DNA from: Okamejei kenojei
Lineage: Eukaryota
Length of the DNA: 64,000 nt
Assembly: GCA_035221665.1 (NCBI GenBank)
Contig: CM069135.1
Span: forward strand, 49,290,001 to 49,354,000
Direction: 5' to 3'
A program made the translations under genes and the position numbers. Position 1 is the stretch's first letter; each line of letters begins with the position of its first letter. Below the pieces are notes generated by a model. The model searched no databases. It was not told the DNA's origin and saw nothing but the letters and a program-made list of their open reading frames with translations. Below, piece after piece: positions 1-10,397 of this stretch.

Positions 1-193
1 TCCACTCCCTACACACTAGAGGTAATTTACAAAGTGAATTAACTTACAATCCCACACATCTATGGATATGAGAAGAAATCCTCTTGATCGCAGGGAGAAC
101 ATGCACACTCACAGACAGCATCCTGATCTAGGCACTGATCAGGATGGAATCCAGATTTCTGGTGCTGTGAGACAGCTGCACTACTGCGCTGCC
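1..193 (-). mobile_element. V-SINE/HE1-type tRNA-derived SINE fragment
   Basis: Degenerate match to the clearer copies at 26306-26617 and 34386-34713 (cctacacactag...acagacagca...ctgtgagacagc). Confidence 0.65.
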
Positions 194-242
194 CATCTAG
201 TACAACAAAAGGTGCACCTATCTACGCAGTAGCGTTAGAAAC

Positions 243-813
243 AACCATATAACCATATAACAATTACAGCACGGAAACAGGCCCTCTCAGCCCTTCCAGT
301 CCATGCCGACCATTTGTTTTCCCCTAGTCCCATCTACCTGCACTCAGACCATACCCCTCCATTCCCTTCACGTCCATATACCTATCCACTTTACTTTTAA
401 ATGTTAAAATCGAACCTGCCTCCACCACTTCTGCTGGAAGCTCATTCCACACAGCCACCACCCTCTGAGTAAAGAAGTTCCCCCTCACGTTACCCCTAAA
501 CTTCTGTCCCTTAATTCTCATGTCATGCCCTCTTTTTTGAATCTTCCCTACCCTCAATGGGAAAAACGTATCCACGTCAACTCTGTCTATCCCTTTGTTA
601 AAGAAGGAACTGCAGATGCTGGAGAATCGAGGGTACACAAAAAGCTGGAGAAACTCAGCGGGTGCAGCAGCATCTAAAGAGCGAAGGAGATAGGCGACGT
701 TTCGGGTCGAGACCCTTAGACTGCCTATCCCTTTCATCATTTTAAAGACCTCAATCAAGTCCCCCCTTAACCTTCTGCGCTCCAAAGAATAAAGACCTAA
801 CTTGTTCAACCTT
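243..813 (-). mobile_element. CR1 (HER1-like) LINE 3' end, interrupted by a Penelope-derived unit
   Basis: ORF 324..866 carries CR1 ORF2 C-terminal motifs (LYSLERRRLRGDLIEVFK, FFTQRVVAVWNELP); (aaccatat)n tail at 243-260. Confidence 0.9.
597..720 (-). mobile_element. Short Penelope-LTR-derived unit inserted in CR1
   Basis: Flanked by direct repeat ctg(t/c)ctatcccttt (583-596, 721-734); same sequence family as the Penelope 3' end at 4330-4696. Confidence 0.75.
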
Positions 814-889
814 TCAACAACAGGAGCATACAGTAGCATGAGTAGCATGAGAAAACTAATGAACAAGCAACTTGCAGGAATGTCAGAAC

Positions 890-1060
890 AAAGACTGCAG
901 ATTCTGGTTTATACTAAAGATAGGCACAAAGTGCTGGAGTAACTGGAGCAATATCTTTGGAGAAAATGAATAGGTGACATTTTGGGTCGCGACCTTTCTT
1001 CGGACTGAAAGTAGGGGGTGGAGGGGGAGAGCTTGGGGCAAGAAAAGGTCCAGGACAAAT
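890..1060 (-). mobile_element. Penelope pseudo-LTR fragment
   Basis: actgcagattctgg...cacaaagtgctggagtaact...gacattttgggtcgcgacctttcttcggactg family motif. Confidence 0.65.
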
Positions 1061-1127
1061 CACAGAATTCCCTTTGCTAGAGACACTCTCTTCACTACAA
1101 AGGGATGCCAGAGTTAATAACCTATGG

Positions 1128-1228
1128 TAGACACAAAATGCTGTAGCAACTCAGCGGCACAGGCAGCATCTCTGGAGAGAAGGAATGGGTGATGTTTCGG
1201 GTTGAGCCCCTTCTTCAGACTGAAGAAA
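1128..1228 (-). mobile_element. Short Penelope-derived unit
   Basis: Family motif with palindromic ttcttcagactgaagaa end; 12-bp direct repeat aataacctatgg at 1116-1127 and 1559-1570 brackets this unit plus the RTE insert. Confidence 0.7.
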
Positions 1229-1251
1229 TGACTTTTAACCTATAACAAATA

Positions 1252-1550
1252 CTCCCCGTTGGATTGCAATCTTATAGTGGTCAGTGAGCTTGTGTGTCTC
1301 AGTGACCCCTAGAGCTATGCCAGAGGGAGATTCGTCTCCTGTTAGGGTCTCCCATGCTGGACAGGTCGAAGGGTAGAGGCGAGACAAAGAGCGATCCAGG
1401 TTGGAGGTTGAGCACAGGGCTAACAACCCTGTCTCGTAAAACAAATATGTTATGGAAACAGCAACTGAAGGAATCAAAGCTACTGAGTGGAGGGCTTTCG
1501 TTGCTACCCTACATGCCAGGATGCATAATAGGCAGTAAGTAAGTAAGTAG
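1252..1550 (+). mobile_element. Non-autonomous bipartite RTE-clade element (5' UTR joined to 3' end)
   Basis: RTE/BovB-like 5' UTR, ORF2-end remnant (WRAFVATLHARMHNRQ*), (taag)n tail, 12-bp TSD ctataacaaata (1240-1251, 1551-1562). Confidence 0.8.
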
Positions 1551-1631
1551 CTATAACAAATAACCTATGGATTAATTTGAAGGGAGGAATCAGTGCTAGC
1601 ACAATGGTAGCAGCAGAAAAAGCTTAGAGTA

Positions 1632-1844
1632 CAGTGGCTTGCAAAAGTATTCATACCCCTTGAAATTTTCCACATTTTGTCACGTTACAACCACAAACGT
1701 AACTGTATTTTATTAGGATTTTATGTGATAGACCAGCACAAAGTGGCGCATAATTGTGAAGTGGAAGGAAAATGATACATGGTTTTCAAATCTTCTAACA
1801 AATAAAAAACTGAAAAGTGTGGCGTGCAAAAGTATTCAGCCCCC
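1632..1844 (+). repeat. Left TIR of Tc1 with outer and inner direct repeats
   Basis: tgcaaaagtattca occurs at both ends of the TIR (~1640 and ~1825); reverse complement of 3045-3257. Confidence 0.93.
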
Positions 1845-2021
1845 TTTCCTCTGATACCCCTAAATAAAATCCAGTACAACCAATTGCCTTCAGAAGTCAC
1901 CTAATTAGTAAATAGAGTCCACTTGTGTCTAATCTAATCTCAGTATAAATACAGCTGTTCTGTGAAGGCCTCAGAGGTTTGTTAGAGAACATTAGTGAAC
2001 AAACAATGTTCCTTGGGCATC

Positions 2022-3039
2022 ATGAAGCCCAAGGAACACACCAGACAGGTCAGGGATAAAGTTGTGGAGAAGTTTAAAGCAGGGTTAGGTTATAAAAAAA
2101 TATCCCGAGCTTTGAACATCTCACGGAGCACTGTTCAATCCATCATCCGAAAATGGAAAGAGTATGGCACAACTGCAAACCTACCAAGACATGACCGTCC
2201 ACCTAAACTGACAGGCCGGGCAAGGAGAGCATTGATCAGAGAAGCAGCCAAGAGGCCCATGGTAACTCTGGAGGAGCTGCAGAGATCCACAGCTCAGGTG
2301 GGAGATTCTGTCCACAGGACAACTATCAGCCGTGCACTCCACAAATCGGGTCTTGATGGAAGAGTGGCAAGAAGAAAGCCATTGTTGAAACAAAGCCATA
2401 AGAAGTCCCGTTTGCAGTTTGCCACAAGCCATGTGGGGGACACAGCAAACAAGTGGTGGAAGGTGCTCTGGTCTGATGAGACCAAAATTGAAGTTTTTGG
2501 CATAAATGCAAAACGCTATGTGTGGCAGAAAACTAACACTGCACATCACCCTGAACACACCATCCTCACAGTGAAACATGGTGGTGGTAGCATCATGCTT
2601 TGGGGATGTTTTTCTTCAGCAGAGACAGGGAAGCTGGTCAGAGTTGATGGGAGGATGGATGGAGCCAAATACAGGGCAATCTTGGAAGAAAACCTGTTAG
2701 AGTCTGCAAAAGACTTGAGACTGGGGCGGAGGTTCACCTTCCAGCAGGACAACAACCCTAAACATATAGCCAGAGCTACAATGGAATGGTTTAGATCAAA
2801 GCATATTCATGTGTTAGAATGGCCAAGTCAAAGTCCACACCGCAATCCAATTGAGAATCTCTGGCAAGACTTGACAATTGCTGTTCACAGACGCTCTCCA
2901 ACCAATCCGACTGAGCTTGAGCTATTTTGCAAAGAAGAATGGGCAAAAATTTCAGTCTCTAGATGTGCAAAGCTGGTAGCGACATCCCAAAAGACTTGCA
3001 GCTGTAATTGCAACGAAAGGTGATTCTACAAAGTATTGA
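2022..3039 (+). pseudogene. Tc1 DD34E transposase, nearly intact (C-terminal frameshift)
   Basis: MKPKEH start at 2022; paired-like HTH, WSDETK, QQDN, SPHRNPIENLW; an apparent 2-bp deletion near 2985 shifts the expected ...PKRLAAVIAxKGxSTKY* end (stop 3037-3039). Confidence 0.92.
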
Positions 3040-3044
3040 CTCAG

Positions 3045-3257
3045 GGGGGCTGAATACTTTTGCACGCCACACTTTTCAGTTTTTTATTTGTAATAAAATT
3101 TGGAAACCATATATCATTTTCCTTCCACTTCACAATTATGCACCACTTTGTGTTGGTCTATCACGTAAAATCCCAATAAAATAAATTTACGTTTGTGGTT
3201 GTAACGTGACAAAATGTGGAAAAGTTCAATGGGTATGAATACTTTTGCAAGCCACTG
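3045..3257 (-). repeat. Right TIR of Tc1
   Basis: Reverse complement of 1632-1844 with few mismatches. Confidence 0.93.
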
Positions 3258-3604
3258 TATGTGATGTGTGTATGAAACCATTAAGCCATTGAGATTTCAC
3301 ACATGCCTATCATGCAGGGTTAATGATGTTGGAAATGGTTAACCACAAGTCAATCTGCACCTGATCAGCTCATGTCTCATGTGTCTATGAATTGGCTGAA
3401 GAATCTGTGCCTTCTCCGTGAATGTATAAATACATGGCATAACTTACACAGTCAGAGGCATATACAGTCCGCTCCCAGTAAAATGAATCTGTCTTTCCTC
3501 CACTTACAAGAATAAAACCAATCAAAATCCTAACTTTGTCTTTATGTGGGAACAAACAGTGTGGATGATTCTATGGTTTACAAGACTAATATGAGTGAAA
3601 CATA

Positions 3605-3940
3605 TATGAACATGATGGTGGATGTGGAGAATAAGTTTCTTAATGGGAGAATCTAATAAGAGCGGTCACTGTTTCAATGAAGTGGTCACTCATTCATCAT
3701 AGCGCTGAAGCAAAGTTATTTCGCACAGAAGCTTGTAATCTCTGAGACTCCCTTCGTCAAATGTTGACAGAAACTGTCTTTGAATATTTTAAATGCAGAA
3801 ATGGGTAGATGTTTGATAAGCAAGGAGTTGAAACATTACAATGAATAGGTAAAAAAGTGGAACCAAGGTTGAAATCCCATCGGTCATATCTTCATCTCGA
3901 GCATGCTTGAGGGGGCTTTATTGCTTGCCCTTCCTCCTTT
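3605..3940 (+). mobile_element. Old, degraded CR1 3' end
   Basis: Weak similarity to the CR1 3' ends at 12900-13256 and 18279-18588. Confidence 0.5.
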
Positions 3941-3979
3941 GTACACCCTTTGTATGTATACAAAATTAGATGAATCTAA

Positions 3980-4264
3980 AGGGCCTGTCCCACTTGCCGA
4001 TTTTTTCAACAACTGCCAGCGTCATATCAGGGTCGGCAAAAGATTTTGAACATTTCAAAATCCAGCGGTGACAAAAAAATGTTGCAACACTTGAAAAAAC
4101 ACCACACGTCAATACGTCTTCACGCCGCATCACGCCGCGTCACACCGTATCATGCCACGTCAAGCCTCATCATACCACATCACTCCGCAACTTTTACGGT
4201 GACCTGATACGTCAATTAATGATGCCAGCAGTCGCCGAAAAAATCGCCAAGTGGGACAGGTCCT
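3980..4264. mobile_element. MITE, PIF/Harbinger-like
   Basis: TIR agggcctgtcccacttg...caagtgggacaggtcct extending ~45 bp; flanked by taa/tag (degenerate 3-bp TSD); no ORF. Confidence 0.78.
4121..4190. repeat. Seven degenerate 10-bp tandem units (consensus ~cacgccgcat) inside the MITE
   Basis: cacgccgcat cacgccgcgt cacaccgtat catgccacgt caagcctcat cataccacat cactccgcaa. Confidence 0.85.
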
Positions 4265-4329
4265 TAGGAATTCTGTGAAAATGTGCATGCGAGCCTTTGC
4301 TAGGTTTAGCAAGCAGATGCGAATACATA

Positions 4330-4696
4330 ACTGATTTTTCTAACTTTAAGTAGCCCTTGCTTTCCCTTTGTCTCCATCCCTCCCCCACCCTAGTTCACTG
4401 ACTAGTTTCACTGTCCTGATTAATATTATTGTTTATATGACTCGTTGTCACCTTCCCCTCAGCCTACAATGAACCATTCTACATTTCCTTGACCATCATC
4501 TGCATTGGTTTGTCATTTTCACACCTGTTCCTTCCATATCGCTAGTTTCCCTCTCCTCTGACTCTCAGTCTGAAGAAGGATCTCGACCTGAAACGTCACC
4601 CATTCCTTCTCTCCAGAGATGCTGCCTGTCCCGCTGAGTTACTCCAGCATTTTGTGTCTATCTTTGGTGTAAACCAGCATCTGCAGTTCCTTCCTA
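4330..4696 (+). mobile_element. Penelope-like element 3' end / pseudo-LTR
   Basis: Pyrimidine-rich 3' region, then ctgaagaaggatctcgacctgaaacgtc and the conserved ...catctgcagttcctt end; same layout as the tail of the GIY-YIG-bearing copy at 54790-56080. Confidence 0.8.
4568..4599 (+). ncRNA. Candidate minimal hammerhead ribozyme core
   Basis: CUGAAGA - stem II (agg/cct) - GAAAC GUC; helix I only ~2 bp; minimal hammerheads are established in Penelope-like elements. Confidence 0.45.
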
Positions 4697-6229
4697 AACA
4701 TTACTGGAGTTTTATAAATGTTTTTGCTTCTTGTATTTTACCAACATATAAAGTAGGGTTATTGTTCAGAGGATTTTCAATATTTAAAGGTAAATAATCC
4801 TGAGCTCCAGTAATTCTTTTAACATTTTCAAGATGGTTTATTTTGCTGTATTGAGTGCTGTTTAGGAAATGTCAGTTTGCTCAAATGCACATCTTATTAT
4901 AAATGTGTTAAATTCTGGACCAGCATTCAAATAAATTCTGTGGTTTAGACTCTCCTGTTTAATCAGCTTGATTTTAGTTTTATTTTCGCTCAAATTAACA
5001 CAGCAAGGTAATACAGATGTTTAACATTACACCGTTTGCTTTTGTAGTGAACTCTTTGTCAGATAGCCCTGTTTAATAACATCAGCAATGCTAAGCGAGA
5101 GATAATGAAGTTATCGCTGCAAGCTCACTAATCCTGCAGAAAGTTTGCCTGTGATGTAAAATAAGTGCCATTTACAAATGATATTTAGGCAATTCATTTC
5201 CAAATATAAGTAAATCAATACTGACCTAAATTGGAGCAATAAACATTTTCATTGTAGATCCCAATTAAGCTCCTAGTATCTTAATACAAAGCAATCTGAA
5301 GAAGTATCATGAAAAACTGCCTGATTATCTTATCGCGGTTTCCTGATAAAATGAGACAGGAGCATTTCTGCCTGAAAAATATATCACAAACCAAAGGGAT
5401 TAAAGAACATTAATAATCTATTATATCAGCAATGATACAAATGATGCATCAATGTGTACACTGGTCCATGCCCAGCAGTATAAAGATTATCTGTGGATGA
5501 TTAACTAAGAAAATCCCACATGCTTTGAGATAACACCAGAGCAGCTGAAATCTTCAAAATTATATAATTTAAATAGCAGGTTAAGTTCAGTGTTTAAATT
5601 ACAAAAATTATACAAGTAAATAGCTCTTGAAATCAATAGCTCCTAAAAGCAGTTCTGTCGATAGCAATATATGTTTAATTCCACATTCTGTGTATTGCAC
5701 ACAGCGCACAAATATTGTGCTGGTTTTTAATTATAAAATATTGTAGTATTTGCTCCAGCTCTAATCAATCAATATCTATTTCACATTAGTCACCAAAGTA
5801 TATTTCCTCAAGTCTGAGGCGAACAGGGGAGCAGAATAATCTGGGTAGAATTTGTTAAAAACCTATGACACAAGATTAAAATAGCTTTAAAACTGAATTG
5901 AACAGGCACAAAGTTATGTTATACTTATACAGGAACTTGACAGTCAAAATTCATTGACCATTTTTTGCTGTTCAAGTGGAGGTTAAAGGACAATGGTTGA
6001 CTGAAATGAAAGCAGAGCTGGGTAATTGTATCTGTCAGGAAAGAGTGAACAGACTGAGTACTTCTCTCTCTCAAAGTACATGAGAGCGGTGACCTGATTC
6101 TGATGGTTAATATTATAGAATAGACACGGTGAATATGTTTCCATATGTGGAAATGATCTGAACAAGGAACACATAAATATAAGAGGAGAAACTGCATATG
6201 TTACTTTACACAAAAGGCCTCGCACTGCT

Positions 6230-6575
6230 TTAGTAACTCAGTGGATCAGGCAGCATCTCTGGAGAATATGGATGGGTAATGTTTTGGGTCTGGACCCTTC
6301 TTTGTCTGAGCAGGGTCCCGACACACAACATCTGTCCGTTCCCTCCATAGATGCCCGACCCGAAATGTTACATGTCCATGTTCTCCACAGATGCTGCCTG
6401 ACCTATGGAGTTACTCCAGACTTTGTGTCCTTTTGCTCATAATTATAACATAGTTATGAACATATAAATAAAAAGAACTGCAGATGCTGGAATCTTGAGC
6501 GAAACACAAAGTGCTGGGCTAATTCAGTGGATCAGGCTACATCTGTGGACGGCCTGGGTAGACAATGCTCTTCAA
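6230..6575. mobile_element. Inverted (head-to-head) Penelope pseudo-LTR fragments plus a third fragment
   Basis: 6232-6300 is the reverse complement of ~6355-6420; a further copy lies at 6471-6575. Confidence 0.65.
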
Positions 6576-8054
6576 TACTAATATATTCAACAGAGACCAA
6601 ATGAGAAACAGGAAGCTATCTTGCTACTGCAAAGATGTGTGGAGACAACTAAGAAGCATTTAAAGAAAGATTACATAAACGCACAAAAGAGGGAGGAATG
6701 GAGAATTTATTGATGGAAGTAAATGAGGAAGGGTGGATTGGTGCTTCTACAGACCATACACATTGGCATGATCATGTGTTCCACAGTTAGTATTGCAAAA
6801 TTAACTTCTTCCCGGGCAATCCTTGGGAAGTGAGAATGACTGGCTTCCACATTAGTTTTGAGCTCTAAGGGAGCCAATGAGACCAATGTACCTGGTACAG
6901 ATGGGCTCAGAGATGGTGGGTGGGCCAGACAGGTGGATAATTTGTGAGGTGGTCCGTCCCTGTCGCTGCCTCATAAAAAAATGTCCCTAGAAAAAGGTTG
7001 TGTTTATAATTTTGCTGGACAGTGCACAGCAAGCATTCAAGGACCTGGAGAAAATGCCACCAACCTTACAAAACCTTCCATAAATTTCTTTGCTGAGGCC
7101 TCTGTGTGAGATTGAAAAAGAGTGTTTTCCAAGTCTGGTGCTGAGTATGTAAAGGACTTGGCAAAATATATTCAAATAAGTCTAAACGGGGCCTCAGTAC
7201 TCCCGATGTTAGTCTGGAAGATGATACTAGCATTTGTTTGTACATCTCCTGTGCCCTGAGATGCCTGTTAATGGTAGTGCAGCAGAATAATAGACATAAT
7301 TAAAAGGACAATTTTATTAGGGGGCAAAACACAAAGTTCTGGAGCAACTCAATAGGTTAGGCAGCATCTTGGAAGGATCTGCCAGATCTTTTCCATCGGG
7401 TCCCATCTTCAGACTGATTTTATTAGGAACTTTTTCATAAAAGCTTTATTAATGTTATTGCAAACATTCTGCAGGAAAAATAGGATACAAGATTTTTTTT
7501 TAAACGCTAAAATTCTGTGTATTGTGTCAGATACAGAGGTGGTTGATTACAGACAGCACAAAACAATTTGTCTTATTCTCGTCAATGTTCTATTTTCATC
7601 CTCTTCATTGGAAATCATTCCTACAATATCAAAGTATTGCACATTCTTCTCCTTTGGTCTATGCTTATGAAGAATCTTCATTGCTCAATAGAATGGATAA
7701 AAATATAATAGATACACAATGCATAGGATATGCAAAGTGATTCAGCAGAACTGATTCCTTCAGAGCCAAATGCTCCACTCTCCTGAGGTATGATTAGGTA
7801 TTGTCAAAATGTAGGCATCTTCAAAAACCACTGAAGAATTTTACTAGGAATTCAGACAGACTCTTCACATCAGAGTAGTAAAGCAACATGTTACATTTGA
7901 CGCATGAAGAACATCACAAGGGTCTCACATAAGGAGATATTAGGGTTGTTAACCAAAGGTCTGAAAAAAAGAGTTGTATGGAATGTCTCAAAATATGGTG
8001 GAGCTTCAGGAGGGAAATCTAGATGATAGGTCTTCAATATTCATAAGTTAATAT

Positions 8055-8215
8055 CTTATAGGAGCAGTATTTGGCCATTCAGCCCATTATGTCGATGCCA
8101 TTCAATAATGGCTGATCTATGTTTCCCTCTCAATCCCATTCTCCTGCCTTCCCCCAGTAACCTCTGACACCATTATCAATCAAGAATCTATCTATTTCTG
8201 CCTTAAAAATATCCC
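8055..8215 (-). mobile_element. CR1 3' end fragment
   Basis: ggccattcagccc...gccattcaataatggctgatct...ctcctgcctt matches the reverse complement of CR1 tails in the window. Confidence 0.7.
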
Positions 8216-8332
8216 AGTCTTTCCCTCTAACCCACCTTCTCTCACATGTCCAATAAATCTATTTTGATTCCATACCAACAATTAACCTCCAACCCTGAAT
8301 GTTTTTAAGATGTAGGAAGAAATCAGAGCACT

Positions 8333-8638
8333 TCTTCCTGCATGTGGCGTGCACAGCCTAAAATTGTAGATCATGGGTAGACATCCAGGCCAGGGCACCA
8401 TTAGTTATTGGGTGGTTGGTTTTGATTCCACCAGGGAAAAGCTTCAGTGAGCATTCATTTACGATGTGTGGGATGGTCTGGTCTGGATGTCTGCAGTCAG
8501 GGTTGACTGTCATCCCCCACATATGCAGGTGATGGGCTGTTCTTGCATGGAGGGTGCAGATTCCGTTCAGGGTTAGCCATTGCTAACCAGAGTTTGCATT
8601 TTCTTCATGACCATGTGTATTTGTGCACAAACAAATAG
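8333..8638 (-). mobile_element. 5'-truncated RTE-X-like LINE 3' end inserted in a V-SINE
   Basis: Minus translation WLTLNG...LHMWGMTVNPDCRHPDQTIPHIVNEC...FPGG...WM (non-LTR C-terminal Cys/His motif); 11-bp TSD atcagagcact (8322-8332, 8639-8649). Confidence 0.7.
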
Positions 8639-8919
8639 ATCAGAGCACTCAGAGAAATACACATGGTCATGAAGAACATGCAAACTCTATACATGAGAAG
8701 TAAGTAAGATTAGGGTTCAACCAAGTCATCGGACCTGTACTACAATGCCATTCATATTGAATAAGGACATTGATGACCAGGGATTTTTTCCTATTATTTC
8801 TCAAATTGCACAAAGACGCTTTCTGCTTGGTTTATCGTCTCATTTTAAAATGTTTAAAAACTCAATAGAGTGCAATTTTCAATTGGATTAGGTGAGCAAA
8901 CGTCCAGATTGGGATTTGC

Positions 8920-9020
8920 ACGTCACCCATTCCTTCTCTCCAGAGATGCTGCCTGTCCTGCTGAGTTACTCCAGTATTTTGTGTCTATCTTCTGTGTAAA
9001 CCAGCATCTGCTGTTCCTTT
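8920..9020 (+). mobile_element. Penelope pseudo-LTR 3' fragment
   Basis: Near-identical to 4593-4692. Confidence 0.75.
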
Positions 9021-9618
9021 GTACATATTTGAATCTGTAACCTGGCCTTGGACACAAGAGTTCTACCAAATAAAGGCAAGGCTGACACCAGTTAATGTGA
9101 AAAATCAAATTACAACAGACTTTAGAAATAATTTAAGACTTTTTCTTTCATTCTTTCAGAGGATGCAGGCATTACTGGCTGGACCAGCATTTATTGTCTT
9201 TGGAATGGCTTTTCTTGCCTTCTCAAAAGGCAGTTAAAAGTCAATCAGGCTTCTGTGCATCTTGATACAAAGACGTTCTTCCTGAATAGACATGATGAGC
9301 TCAATGGGATTTTGCAACACTCCAATTGTTTTATGGTCACTATTACTGATGTATTTCAATTACATTTTAATGAATTAACTGAATTAAAATTCCTTTGCTA
9401 ATGAACTAGTTTATCCAATGTCCTATCGAAACGACAGACAGGTGGGCAGTGGCTCTGTTGGCAAGGAATGAAATTCAGTCCCTTGCGAGGGGTGACATAG
9501 AATCAGAAGATGTCAAGTCATTGTGGATAGAACTGAGAAATTGTAAGGGTAAAAAGACCCTAATGGGAGTTACTGTATCTACAGGCAATCAAACAGTATC
9601 CCGGAGATACGGCGCAAG

Positions 9619-10397
9619 CGTAATTGTGCTCTGAGAGCTTACCCCCTTAGTCTAGTTCAGTAAAACACCGAGTCAAGCACTGGACCACTAAATCATTTAT
9701 TTTATGAAAAAATTATGAATTCACTATACGATACCTAGGCACACCGCGGGATTGATCCTTGTCTCTGCTTGTCCAAGCCCTTCAGCCTCGTGCAAGCAGA
9801 TACTTCCAAAAGGTTACGCAGTCCCAAGCGCTCATCCAGAAGATCGATAATAAACCTTGTGGGGGTTACCTTTTATAGGTCATCAAACCCTGTGGGGCAG
9901 ATCTACATGGGGGTGGTACCCCTACAAACCAATCATAGATATCAATTACATTAAAGTGTAATTGACAATTCCCCAACTCAATTACAAAGCATCCCATTAC
10001 AATGTTTGTACAGAAGCTTCTGGAAGGAAGTCAATCACTCACATATTGCAACATTCTCCTGGGGAGTATAAACAATTCAAACAAGACTTCACACTTCAGC
10101 CAATCCTCAAACAGTAACATAAATACCTTGCAACATTATTAACAGTATTTACAATCCTTCTGCAGCCAGTCTGTCATGCTAATGCAGTCCAACACCTTTG
10201 GGTTTCTCAGCAAAGTACTCATACATTTTAACAATTGTGAGGACATCTGGAACTCACCTTATCTGATAGTTCAATCTAGGACCAAGATATCCTGGCACCA
10301 ATTTGCAGCTCTCAGCTTTGCACAGGAATTGACCAAACAGGTTTTGCAGATGCCCTGATACTCCATTTTATGTCTCTATTTTTCGCCGATATTAACA
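9619..10397 (-). mobile_element. Probable solo LTR inserted in CR1 copy 1
   Basis: Interrupts CR1 at caag|ttg (compare copy 2 at 13435); minus strand begins TGTTAA, has TATAAAA (~9871-9877) then AATAAA (~9696-9701); right end and TSD imperfect. Confidence 0.6.

Larger units (their letters stand above)
1632..3257 (+). mobile_element. Full-length Tc1 (Passport-like, IR/DR type) DNA transposon
   Basis: TA|cagtggcttgcaaaagtattc ... gaatacttttgcaagccactg|TA; ~213-bp TIRs; internal DDE transposase. Confidence 0.97.

Noticed and set aside
324-866. Novel 180-aa protein
   Set aside because: CR1 C-terminus kept in frame by chance by a 138-bp (insert+TSD) Penelope-derived insertion.
4121-4190. CRISPR-like array
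   Set aside because: Contiguous 10-bp units without spacers, no cas genes, eukaryotic context.
7440-7900. Host coding exon(s)
   Set aside because: Short ORFs with no recognisable protein motif or convincing acceptor/donor pair; small exons cannot be excluded without alignment.
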